DNA of 64,000 nt from a virus: IMG/VR virus record IMGVR_UViG_3300009181_000042, positions 1-64,000 of that record. One strand, 5' to 3'. Position numbers and translations under genes: made by a program. Below, in pieces: positions 39,679 through 48,530 of the stretch (position 1 is its first letter; the number at the start of each line of letters is the position of its first letter). The notes beneath the pieces are model-generated. The model saw only the letters and a list, made by a program, of their open reading frames with translations, had not been told where the DNA came from and ran no database searches.

Positions 39679-40664
39679 GCTGTCTCCATCTTGAGATGGC
39701 CTTCATACAGTGCGCTCAAAGTCGCCGAGTAGTCATTCACGTTCTTCTCGATGCGCACAAGGCCGTTGATGTTGCAGAATCGCATCAGTGCCAGACCCAC
39801 TTGTTTCTTGGCAACTTGATTGACTTCGTCGACAATGCAACGATCAAATTTATCAATGAGATCTGGTGGCTGTCGTGTGAGATCGATCAGCATCTTGTTT
39901 CGTTCGTAATCGTCGCGCACTCTGTGTTCAGCATTCTCGTGATCTACCCACTTGCTGAGCATGAGATTGTTCCACGCATACCCGCGATTATGTCGATCTT
40001 CAAACGCAGCTTCTAGCTTGGTCTTGCGCACGCCAGGAAACGCACTCATCACGTTGTCACTGTCGTCGCCACGTATGCATTTTTCAAACAGTATCCATTC
40101 TGGATTTGGTATTGGCAACTGCTTGCCCTGCTTGTTTATAGCTAGGTTGCCGTCCTTGTCATAGATACCCTGGTGTGTATACAGCAGGCTAGCGATGCCA
40201 TTGTATAGTATCACGTTCTCTGAAATCAGCTGCTGGAAGTCGCTGTCACTTGAGATGATCACATGCTTGTCATCTGGATGCAACTGGATCCAGCGTGCGA
40301 TCATATCATCTGCTTCTGCATTGGGATGACGCAGCACTGTGCAGTTGGTCTTGGTCTTGACAAACTCGACAAATCCGTCCATGCTTTCGAAGAACACTAC
40401 ATCTTCTTCGACTTCACGCTCGGTGCGCTTTGCTGCTGCTACCTTGCGGTTGGCCTTGTATGGCGTATAAACATCCTTGCGCCAGCTGCGACCTTCCAAA
40501 CAAAACACAGTATGGCTACCCTCGAAGTCAGTCCACACTTTCTTGATGCTGTTGAATATGATGTGCAGTGCCATGCCCAGCTGCAGCTCGGTGTTAGGAG
40601 CTTTGATGCCGTGACGCACTCTCATGAAGAGATTCTGTGTATCGATGATCAGATATGTGGTCAT
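39675..40664 (-). CDS. rnh: T4-type RNase H / 5'-3' exonuclease
   Basis: IIDTQN, EGRSWRK..YKANR, EADD, SSDSDF.QL, GDDSDNV; AAGGAG RBS. Confidence 0.9.
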   Translation of the reverse strand: MTTYLIIDTQNLFMRVRHGIKAPNTELQLGMALHIIFNSIKKVWTDFEGSHTVFCLEGRSWRKDVYTPYKANRKVAAAKRTEREVEEDVVFFESMDGFVEFVKTKTNCTVLRHPNAEADDMIARWIQLHPDDKHVIISSDSDFQQLISENVILYNGIASLLYTHQGIYDKDGNLAINKQGKQLPIPNPEWILFEKCIRGDDSDNVMSAFPGVRKTKLEAAFEDRHNRGYAWNNLMLSKWVDHENAEHRVRDDYERNKMLIDLTRQPPDLIDKFDRCIVDEVNQVAKKQVGLALMRFCNINGLVRIEKNVNDYSATLSALYEGHLKMETA

Positions 40665-40685
40665 GATGGACTCCTTACGATAGCT

Positions 40686-40713
40686 ATTGTAACATATCAC
40701 ACGCGATATGCAA
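40686..40713 (-). promoter_or_regulatory. sigma70-like promoter
   Basis: TTGCAT-N16-TACAAT with TG extension. Confidence 0.5.
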
Positions 40714-40736
40714 TGCCTATCTTATCACATAAATGC

Positions 40737-41411
40737 TTAACCATCTTTGGACCAGTCGTATCTGTTATCTATCATTGGTGTTCGTTCGGGATCAAGCCGT
40801 ATCTCTGGCGGCGTCTCTATCCTGCGCTTGATATTAGAGTCTTTCATGAGGCGGTCCAGCACTGCTTCTGGCACTGTGGTTGTGTCTATGAGTTCACCTA
40901 GTGCAGCTAATGTTTTGTAATTCCATGCATTATACATAGTCTGCGCCCTAGCTACTCCTATCCAGTCGCATATCAGTGTTGATGTGGGCGGACTCACATA
41001 GTGTAACGGATCGAGCCAGTTTAGTCGATTCTGCCCAAAGTTTATCATGAGATCGGTCCTGGTGTGCACTATGTAATCGTAATCATACGCAGCTTGTATC
41101 TGTTGTAGGGCTGTGAACGATTGATAATACATCCTGAATATGTTTGATGCAGGATACTCGCCGTAGTTGATCTTATCATAGAATTGTGCACAACGGCGAA
41201 CTGAAGGCGGGCTCAGCATTATCACGTTGTCAACCAAGTCTTCTGCGATTACATCTATGGCGTTGTTGTCGCGACAGGTCTTCCAAGTTGCCAGATAGCT
41301 GTGTACCTCATCACCACCATCGCTAAACTGCTCTAATAGGTTCTTGATGTTCTTGTTGACTGCTCCCGCATTCGGTCTTATGGGACCTCTGAATAAAACT
41401 GCGATGCGCAT
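40737..41411 (-). CDS. Putative glycan-synthesis protein (GT-like)
   Basis: RIAVLFRGPIR N-terminus, YDYIVHTRTDL, ICDW; adjacent to methyltransferases. Confidence 0.4.
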   Translation of the reverse strand: MRIAVLFRGPIRPNAGAVNKNIKNLLEQFSDGGDEVHSYLATWKTCRDNNAIDVIAEDLVDNVIMLSPPSVRRCAQFYDKINYGEYPASNIFRMYYQSFTALQQIQAAYDYDYIVHTRTDLMINFGQNRLNWLDPLHYVSPPTSTLICDWIGVARAQTMYNAWNYKTLAALGELIDTTTVPEAVLDRLMKDSNIKRRIETPPEIRLDPERTPMIDNRYDWSKDG

Positions 41412-41479
41412 GTTCGGTACCTTGGGTTAATTTCGCAAATATCTACGAATTATACAATAGCATTGACTGTTAACGCAAA

Positions 41480-42061
41480 TCAATTCTTGTACCAGTACCA
41501 ACCATCATTGGATACCATGCGTACTTGCTTGCTGGGTATGCCGTGTGCTTTTGCCCAGCTGGTAACAGCAAAGTTCACAGAAAACAGATTGGCATCATGT
41601 CCTGCAATAAGACCACCTGATCTGATCTTTGGCACGTAGCTGTCTAGATCTGCCAGCACTTGCTTCATGCTGTGGCCACCATCTATGAAAACGAAATCAT
41701 ACGCATCGTCTTCAAGCTGTGCTGCTGCTTTGGTGCTGTCTGCTCGCAGGAAATTATAGCGAGACCCCATCAGCGGCATGTTGGCTTGCAATATGGCAAA
41801 ATTAGCTTCTTGCTCGACTTTGGGTATTGGACGATCCCAGTCCACATATGGTGCATAGTGATCTATGCCTGTCAGGCTAACGATGTTGTGGCATTCGTTG
41901 AGCATGAACCAACTGTTCATACCTAGCCCAACTCCGATCTCTAATCCCACCGCAGGATACGGGAGACGCATGAGCTCGTCAATTATGCCTCGGCTGGCCT
42001 GCTGCTTGTAAATGCGCGGCCATTCTGGGCTATCAAATAGTGTTGTAAGTGTCTGGTTCAC
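41480..42061 (-). CDS. Class I SAM methyltransferase (Methyltransf_24-like)
   Basis: LEIGVGLG, GID, DFVFIDGGH, GGLIAGHD. Confidence 0.85.
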   Translation of the reverse strand: MNQTLTTLFDSPEWPRIYKQQASRGIIDELMRLPYPAVGLEIGVGLGMNSWFMLNECHNIVSLTGIDHYAPYVDWDRPIPKVEQEANFAILQANMPLMGSRYNFLRADSTKAAAQLEDDAYDFVFIDGGHSMKQVLADLDSYVPKIRSGGLIAGHDANLFSVNFAVTSWAKAHGIPSKQVRMVSNDGWYWYKN

Positions 42062-42068
42062 GTATTAT

Positions 42069-42590
42069 TTATGGCTTTTGCCACAGCCAGCTCTTAACTC
42101 CGTGCGATTCCCATAAGCTGCCTTCAAACAATTGGTACCCTGGCACTAATTCGTTGCAGGCCTGTTCTATGCCATTGATGTTATCTGGTGCCCAATCGTG
42201 CCCACCTATGTAACCGCCTGATTTTATCTTAGGCAACCAAGCATTGATATCAGCTGTTACTGATTCGTAAGAGTGATCAGCATCGATGTATACAAAATCC
42301 AAGCTTGAATTGTCGTACTCTGTAGCAGCCTGCACGCTTCCTGTGATCACAGGTTTGAAATGATCTTTTAACACTGTTAGACTAGCAGAGAAGCTATCGC
42401 CTATGTCAACTAGGTCAAGCTTTATCTGCTTGCCGCTATTGACTATCTCTACCAGCATGTATGCTGCACTGCAACCACAATACACACCAACTTCAACAAA
42501 GTGTGCAGACTCTGGTGCAGAGTCCACCATCTTGGTATAAAGTTCTTGGAAATCAAACCAGCCCGGAATGTCTTTATAAAAATGATCCAT
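42069..42590 (-). CDS. Class I SAM methyltransferase (Methyltransf_24-like)
   Basis: VEVGVYCGCS, DFVYIDADHSY, GGYIGGHD; start re-called to MDHFYKD. Confidence 0.85.
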   Translation of the reverse strand: MDHFYKDIPGWFDFQELYTKMVDSAPESAHFVEVGVYCGCSAAYMLVEIVNSGKQIKLDLVDIGDSFSASLTVLKDHFKPVITGSVQAATEYDNSSLDFVYIDADHSYESVTADINAWLPKIKSGGYIGGHDWAPDNINGIEQACNELVPGYQLFEGSLWESHGVKSWLWQKP

Positions 42591-42597
42591 GCAGTAT

Positions 42598-43191
42598 TTA
42601 ACTGTGCTCAGTCTTGCCGTCATCTCTGCGAATACGACGCACGTTGCTAACAAATTCTGGATCTGTGGGTGCCATCTCGTTGAGTATGCTGTTGCAGACA
42701 TCATTCAGCCAACGGTTGATGCACTCTTCGTCAGTACCTTGGTAACCGTTGCCCCGCAGTGATTCTACGAATGCAGGGTTGTAGTCTAGCTCAAAGAAAG
42801 TCTTGCTAGGGTCAACTGGGTCCCAGCTGATCTTGGGCATAGCCATGTATGGCTCGTTAGCAATATCAGCACGCTTGCGCTCGTGTTCGTGTGCAGATAT
42901 GCGATTGTGCTTGAGATCAACTTCTAGCTTGGCCAATGCCAGTGCTTGCTCGGCAGTATTGTCCATCTCTGCTAGCCGGGTGTCGTGATCATACGCTGTC
43001 ATCTTGCCGTATGCTAGATCAATGGCCATTATGCGCTTGGTAAACTCTGGTGAGTCGATGCCGTGCTCGATCTTGGCTACTTCGACATCTAGTTCATATC
43101 CTGACAGATAGTATTCTGCTTCGGCTAGCTGTCGGCTCTTGCCTTTTAAACCCCAGCTGCCTGGTAACCAGTTAAATGGTATCTTGCTCAT
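42598..43191 (-). CDS. Hypothetical phage protein
   Basis: 197 aa; FFELDYN..F...L...GY.G; ends DDGKTEHS. Confidence 0.7.
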   Translation of the reverse strand: MSKIPFNWLPGSWGLKGKSRQLAEAEYYLSGYELDVEVAKIEHGIDSPEFTKRIMAIDLAYGKMTAYDHDTRLAEMDNTAEQALALAKLEVDLKHNRISAHEHERKRADIANEPYMAMPKISWDPVDPSKTFFELDYNPAFVESLRGNGYQGTDEECINRWLNDVCNSILNEMAPTDPEFVSNVRRIRRDDGKTEHS

Positions 43192-43192
43192 G

Positions 43193-44104
43193 TTATCTTC
43201 CTATCACATTGCTAAAGATCCAGCAGTGTATACGAGCTGCTACGTTGTATCCGCGTTTGAGCGCTTCTTCAGTAACCCACATCTGCACATCTTCTTGTTC
43301 TTGTCTAGTAGCGCCAACTGGCATAACCCACACTGGCCAGTCTACCCCAACTGCACGGAATGCATCAACTGCACGTTCTAACTCATCCCAGGTCCGTGTA
43401 TCTTTGTCCAACACAAACTTCAGCTGCCCTGCGTCGCTAAGCAACCTGTACTGCTTGATGATGTCTGGTTTGATAGCTGCATCCCAGCTCTCGCCGCTGG
43501 TACCCAGCTTAGGGCTGCAACTCCAAAACACTTCACCGTCATACATACCGCGGTTGGCAAAGTACTCTTCGAAATTCTTTCGCAGTGCTTGTGTGCCGTT
43601 GGTCTCGATAGTAATGTGTCGCGGGCTGTCGTTTTGCATGCGTAACGTGTTCATGATATCTACGATACCAGTTTGGCTCATCATTGGCTCGCCGCCAGTG
43701 AATGCCAAGTGCACGTCTTGTCCACTGCGAGGATGTTTAAAGCTATGGCCCTGCAATCTTGAACGAAAATCTGCACAGATCTCTTCTGCTGTGCTCTGAT
43801 GTGCCAAGTGTCCGTACTTGGTGCTCCAGCTGTAGCTGCTATCACATCCTGTGGTCCAAACTGGCAGTTCGTCCATGCTTTTGATGCCTGCTGCCGCTGG
43901 ATCGTAGTCTTTGTAATGTAGTTCGTATGTGCTTGTATCTCTTGGATCTTTTTGTCCAAAACCGTCACAATTGAAGTTACATCCCCAGAAGCGTATCCAC
44001 ACTGTTGGATGCCCAGCATACTTGCCTTCTCCCTGGATGGTAGGAGTTGGACCGTCATTGCCACCAAATACTTCGCTGTATCGGTATTTCTTAACTGAGC
44101 TCAT
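43193..44104 (-). CDS. queE: 7-carboxy-7-deazaguanine synthase (radical SAM)
   Basis: YSEVF..IQGEG..RFWGCNFNC...CDS, TGGEP, IETNGT, SPKL, KFV, R.H. Confidence 0.9.
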   Translation of the reverse strand: MSSVKKYRYSEVFGGNDGPTPTIQGEGKYAGHPTVWIRFWGCNFNCDGFGQKDPRDTSTYELHYKDYDPAAAGIKSMDELPVWTTGCDSSYSWSTKYGHLAHQSTAEEICADFRSRLQGHSFKHPRSGQDVHLAFTGGEPMMSQTGIVDIMNTLRMQNDSPRHITIETNGTQALRKNFEEYFANRGMYDGEVFWSCSPKLGTSGESWDAAIKPDIIKQYRLLSDAGQLKFVLDKDTRTWDELERAVDAFRAVGVDWPVWVMPVGATRQEQEDVQMWVTEEALKRGYNVAARIHCWIFSNVIGR

Positions 44105-44282
44105 TGTTTGCCTCATCAGTGCTGTGTTCGCTGTGTGTTGAATCAAAGATGTCATCAACAGTGTCATGCCATCCCATTTGGTCTAATGCCGAATCTATCC
44201 GCACAACCTGCTTGACAGGTTTACCATCCTTCATCACTGTTATGGTCCAAGTACCGTCTGGGTTTTGAAATGATTCAGGCAT
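44091..44282 (-). CDS. Hypothetical protein
   Basis: 63 aa, overlapping its neighbours. Confidence 0.5.
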   Translation of the reverse strand: MPESFQNPDGTWTITVMKDGKPVKQVVRIDSALDQMGWHDTVDDIFDSTHSEHSTDEANNELS

Positions 44283-44523
44283 GTGTCTCTGCTGAGTCTC
44301 TTTTGAGTTGATAAAGCATTATAGCTTGATCCAGCAGCTCGCGCAAGTCCGGATCGGTTTCAGCAGCACGTATTACGTCGCGTAATAAGCTTAGCTGCTT
44401 GCCATTCTTTGGAATGAGTGAGTTATTATTACCCGACAACAACCGTCTATCAGTTTTACCAAATTCTCTTACATACACAGTTTTACCACCGTCTGGGCTT
44501 TCGTATATTTTAGGGTTGGACAT
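44275..44523 (-). CDS. Hypothetical phage protein
   Basis: IYESPDGGKTVYVRE motif; start re-called to MSNPK. Confidence 0.65.
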   Translation of the reverse strand: MSNPKIYESPDGGKTVYVREFGKTDRRLLSGNNNSLIPKNGKQLSLLRDVIRAAETDPDLRELLDQAIMLYQLKRDSAETHA

Positions 44524-45604
44524 GTCGTTCTCTCTGTGTGCGCAGCTGTCCATGCAACCCGTGATAGCCACGAGTTGTGAACAACTCTCGATTGTGTTTT
44601 ATGGTATTAAAGTCGGATATCCAGCATTGAGTGAGAAACTGTGATTCCATCTCGCATATTCTCTTGGCTTCTGAAAGCCATGCATCTAGCCTAGTCTGCC
44701 AGTCTGCTATGTAATCGTAGGAATAATCTATCCAGTTTGGTAACTGGAACCCTCTTGCATGTATGTCTTTGACCAATCCGCTGTAACCAAACGGTAGTAT
44801 AAAATGTCCTTTGATCAACGGATCGTAAGTCTTTTCTGTGATGCAACCTGCTAATTCGCCTGTGGTTACCGTTTCTACATAGATACTGACATGACTGGTC
44901 TCATAATAATGATTAGCCGCTGGTAACCAGCAACCTGCCCCTTTGTTAACAAGCACTGCATCGATACTAGGATCACAATCCTCTGGTTCTAAAAAATACG
45001 CATTGCTTTCATTCGGGTAATATCCTTGATAACCTTTGAGCAAATCTAACAACATGCGTCTGGCTATCATTCGAGGTTCTTCGGCATACTCTTTATAAAA
45101 CCGTGTGGGACTAAGGTAATTAACACAGTTTATCTTGTTTGATACAAGTTCATTGAGTGTGTAGCTGCGTTCTGTAGAAGACCATATCCATGGCCCAACT
45201 GGGTATTTTTGATACATATTATCAACAAAATATGCCTTTTGTCGATTCCACATGATATCGTAAAAAACGTGCTTAGGGTTTAAATTCTTTTGATTATGGT
45301 GCACAACTGTTACTCGATCAGTCAAGGTAGAGAACTGGTTGGCCAGCATGTCAGTGTTTAATTCAAAATCTTGGTTATCTTGCATATGAAAAAGATTTAA
45401 AATCGCTAAAGTCTGGCCTTGGTATATGGATCTTAACTCGTTGATTATTTCATCAACTGTACTCCATATCATAACAGGTATAATGTCTGCATCAGCCGGG
45501 TCGGATACATATTGCCATAGGTGATCTTCAATGCGAAACGGTATCATATGGCTAGACATGTCTGCGCATATCTTGCTTTCTAGCGGTGGTATATATAACT
45601 TCAT
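44510..45604 (-). CDS. Putative glycosyltransferase-like protein (GT10-like E..TEK motif)
   Basis: SIYVET..ITEKTYDPLIKGHF..GF..WIDYSYD; paralog of 32136..33269. Confidence 0.45.
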   Translation of the reverse strand: MKLYIPPLESKICADMSSHMIPFRIEDHLWQYVSDPADADIIPVMIWSTVDEIINELRSIYQGQTLAILNLFHMQDNQDFELNTDMLANQFSTLTDRVTVVHHNQKNLNPKHVFYDIMWNRQKAYFVDNMYQKYPVGPWIWSSTERSYTLNELVSNKINCVNYLSPTRFYKEYAEEPRMIARRMLLDLLKGYQGYYPNESNAYFLEPEDCDPSIDAVLVNKGAGCWLPAANHYYETSHVSIYVETVTTGELAGCITEKTYDPLIKGHFILPFGYSGLVKDIHARGFQLPNWIDYSYDYIADWQTRLDAWLSEAKRICEMESQFLTQCWISDFNTIKHNRELFTTRGYHGLHGQLRTQRERHVQP

Positions 45605-45798
45605 CAGAGATCTGTGGGTGCGACTGGTTCAACCTTGCGCACAACCACACGCCCGGTGGCTTCGTCAGTGTCCCAGTTGATAGTGTCGCCTACTTTCCAT
45701 CCCAGCTGTTCCATGAGGTCCTCTGGAAACTGTAGAAACAGTTCACCGTTTTCATCCTCTTGCACGTCTATGATCATGCTGTGTTTGATATCAGTCAT
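45604..45798 (-). CDS. AbrB/MazE/SpoVT-like DNA-binding protein
   Basis: GELFLQFPEDLMEQLGWKVGD.I.W swapped-hairpin pattern. Confidence 0.65.
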   Translation of the reverse strand: MTDIKHSMIIDVQEDENGELFLQFPEDLMEQLGWKVGDTINWDTDEATGRVVVRKVEPVAPTDL

Positions 45799-46027
45799 CG
45801 TTAGTCTCCTTGCCTAGTGTTGCCGGCGAATGATCCAAGTATGGTTCACGCTGTTGGTTCATGTAGAAATACGCATCCTCATCGGTGATGGTCACACAGA
45901 GATCGCTGTGATGTATGTCATAGTCTACAAACTCGCCGTTGTCTTTGTATACCCTGAACACCCAAGCTTGCTCGCCAAACATAGGTAGCAATACTCCTTT
46001 GACACCGTTGGCCGACTGTGAGTTCAT
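45791..46027 (-). CDS. Hypothetical protein
   Basis: 78 aa, coupled. Confidence 0.65.
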   Translation of the reverse strand: MNSQSANGVKGVLLPMFGEQAWVFRVYKDNGEFVDYDIHHSDLCVTITDEDAYFYMNQQREPYLDHSPATLGKETNDD

Positions 46028-46521
46028 CAGTGGTCATCCCTGGTTAGTGCACGCCACATTTCAGCCTGCTGTCGCAGGTCCTCATATTCTTGTTCCATGT
46101 GTTTGAGCTGGTGCAGCGCAGCGTCCATGATTTGCTGAATAGCAGAATCTATGGCTACATCATACGACTCGCCTAGCTCGCGCATGGGTTCATAGTCGCA
46201 TTCAAGTGTGTGATCGCGCTGCATGATGCCCATTAAACGCTCTAATCTGGCCAAGCGTGCAAACACACCGTCGTTATCGTGTGTGGTATCACTCTGGAAG
46301 ATATCGCCCTTGCCGTCGCCCTTGCCGCTGACACGAATTGCTACCTTATTGGGTGTTGTATTTGCCCAAACAAGTGATGCTGCAGTTGAATTGTTATATA
46401 TCTGCCCGGCCCCGCTAGGCGAACTTGAAATAGTCAAAGGCCCGCTTGCCGAAAGGCTAGTTGTATAACCGCCTATACTGATTGCCGAGTCAATGTCCAC
46501 ACTGTTAACAGGGCAAGTCAT
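46027..46521 (-). CDS. Hypothetical protein
   Basis: 164 aa, coupled. Confidence 0.6.
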   Translation of the reverse strand: MTCPVNSVDIDSAISIGGYTTSLSASGPLTISSSPSGAGQIYNNSTAASLVWANTTPNKVAIRVSGKGDGKGDIFQSDTTHDNDGVFARLARLERLMGIMQRDHTLECDYEPMRELGESYDVAIDSAIQQIMDAALHQLKHMEQEYEDLRQQAEMWRALTRDDH

Positions 46522-46814
46522 CAGTGCCTCAGGCTATGCTGCATGATGATACTGGTCAGTTCTGGACCCAGTTCAGCATCTTCATGTATGATGTATAGCT
46601 CGCGGTTCGTGCGATCCTTGAGATTATCGTAGCTGCTGATCTCTATGACTCGCCCACCGACTGCATCATGCACACGTATATTAGCTGATTCACGACTATC
46701 TAAATCTCGGCTAATAGATACTGACTTTATTACTGCCGAGCTGTCGCGATTTTCTCGTGCAGCCTCCCAGGCTTTCTTTGATTGCTTTTGGAACCACCTG
46801 TCAAACCATTTCAT
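46521..46814 (-). CDS. Hypothetical protein
   Basis: 97 aa, coupled. Confidence 0.65.
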   Translation of the reverse strand: MKWFDRWFQKQSKKAWEAARENRDSSAVIKSVSISRDLDSRESANIRVHDAVGGRVIEISSYDNLKDRTNRELYIIHEDAELGPELTSIIMQHSLRH

Positions 46815-47197
46815 TTTTTAACCCCCACCTTTCCGTTATATAACTCAGCCCAGGCTCTAGCAGGCATCATGCTAATATCGTCAACCCACACATCTTTGTA
46901 GGTAGAGCCTCTTGTGCTAGTTGCATTTTTTGGATAGGCTCTTTTCATTTCATTCTCAAGTACCTGCTCGCGCAGCCTATCCATATCTCTGCGTAACATC
47001 TGCATTTCTCTATCTGTGCGTTGCTGCGAGTTGCGCATCTGTGTAAATGGCCCATCTACAGCATCTTCCTGATTGCGTGTGAGTGCGACCAGCATTACCA
47101 AGCTGCTCAGCGCATTTTGTACACGCGGATCGTCGCTTGTGATCGCCGCGTCAAATACTTTGATCATTTGCTCAAAATCAATCATGATATTCTCCAT
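46811..47197 (-). CDS. Hypothetical protein
   Basis: Start re-called to MENIMID (TAATG overlap with the queD stop). Confidence 0.6.
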   Translation of the reverse strand: MENIMIDFEQMIKVFDAAITSDDPRVQNALSSLVMLVALTRNQEDAVDGPFTQMRNSQQRTDREMQMLRRDMDRLREQVLENEMKRAYPKNATSTRGSTYKDVWVDDISMMPARAWAELYNGKVGVKK

Positions 47198-47691
47198 TAG
47201 ATTAGTTCCTCGTTCCATTCGCGATGGCCCTCGCGGAACGCCATGTTGGACTGCGTCTCACGCACTTCTACACGATAGCACCACAAGCGTTCTGATTCAC
47301 CGGGTCCCCACAGGTCTGGGATGTAAACGCCGTTGACATACTTGTATAACATGTCAGCCAAGCCTTCGCAACCAAGCCGAGGCAGTATGGTCAGCTTGGC
47401 CATCTTCTTGCTCTGCAGCAGCTTGAATGTTTCTAGTTCTGGATCGTCTTCAGCTACCAACAGTGTGTGATCAAACTGATCTTCCAACGTCTTCTTGAGC
47501 TCCTTGAGACCGCCGTAGTCAGCTGCCCAGTTGCGAACATCTAGATTATCTGTCCCAAAGTAAAACTTCATGCTAAATGAATAACCGTGTATGGTGTTGC
47601 AGTGGCTGTCTGCTCGCCATTGCCTATAAGCACAGGGGAATGCATCGTGATATTCCTTGGTGCTGGTGTACTTGTATGCTACTGGTGTCAT
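47197..47691 (-). CDS. queD: 6-carboxytetrahydropterin synthase
   Basis: C..IHGY, DYGGLK, FDH, E..A, E.RET; T-fold; AGGAG RBS. Confidence 0.85.
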   Translation of the reverse strand: MTPVAYKYTSTKEYHDAFPCAYRQWRADSHCNTIHGYSFSMKFYFGTDNLDVRNWAADYGGLKELKKTLEDQFDHTLLVAEDDPELETFKLLQSKKMAKLTILPRLGCEGLADMLYKYVNGVYIPDLWGPGESERLWCYRVEVRETQSNMAFREGHREWNEELI

Positions 47692-47772
47692 GGTCTTGCT
47701 CCTATGTTAATAATACCATAGGCTGCAGAATTTGTATAGCGGGAATGAAGCCCAAAGCGCCGCTTGTTGTAC

Positions 47773-48459
47773 TTATCGCGGTGCAAATTCCTGTTGCAGC
47801 TTGATGTTGTCAAAGAACTCTTTCTTGGTGCTTTGATCTTCATAAAACACGCCCTTGAGCACAGTGGTCTGTGTCAAACTGCTGTGTGCCATGATGCCTC
47901 GGTTCTCGCAGCATCCATGGGTTGCTTGGATATACACACCCACATTCACAGTGCCTGTGGCTGTGATGATCTCTCGAGCAATGTCATTGCACAGTTCTTC
48001 TTGCAGTGTGCCACGACGAGCGCACCACTGTGCGATACGAGTGTACTTGCTGAGACCAATCAGTTTGGTTGCTGCGATGATACCAATATATGCAACACCT
48101 GACACTGGTTGGTGATGATGGCTGCACATGCTGGTCAATTCGCTGCGCACGACCAACATGCCCTCGTAACGATCGTCACCGTCATTGGGAAAGCTGGTCG
48201 CTTTGGGGCGTGCGCTATAGCGCCCAGCCATCAGCTCTTTGACATACATCTTGGCAAGCCTGCGACCGGTATCGTTGCTGTTGGGATCGTTCTCACGATC
48301 GATCACCAAGCTGTCTAGCACAGCATCAAATCGATCATGCAGTTCATTGATCAGCTCATCTATCTCACCGTCTTTGATGTATTCGCTGATGTTGTCGTTG
48401 GCATTGAATCTAGCGCCAGCTTTTAGGATACGCTGACGAATCTTGTCTGAAGTGCTCAC
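47773..48459 (-). CDS. folE: GTP cyclohydrolase I
   Basis: SMCSHH, GLSK..R, LQE, H.C...RG. Confidence 0.95.
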   Translation of the reverse strand: MSTSDKIRQRILKAGARFNANDNISEYIKDGEIDELINELHDRFDAVLDSLVIDRENDPNSNDTGRRLAKMYVKELMAGRYSARPKATSFPNDGDDRYEGMLVVRSELTSMCSHHHQPVSGVAYIGIIAATKLIGLSKYTRIAQWCARRGTLQEELCNDIAREIITATGTVNVGVYIQATHGCCENRGIMAHSSLTQTTVLKGVFYEDQSTKKEFFDNIKLQQEFAPR

Positions 48460-48510
48460 TGTGGTCTCCGATGTTAACGCAGTGGATTGCGAATTGTTTC
48501 TATTGTACTT

Positions 48511-48517
48511 TATTTAG
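48511..48517 (-). promoter_or_regulatory. Late-type promoter motif CTAAATA upstream of folE
   Basis: 51 nt upstream of the folE GTG. Confidence 0.4.
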
Positions 48518-48530
48518 GCGGTAACTGCAA

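Noticed and set aside
45604-46027. MazEF-type toxin-antitoxin pair
   Set aside because: The AbrB-like gene has no recognisable toxin neighbour
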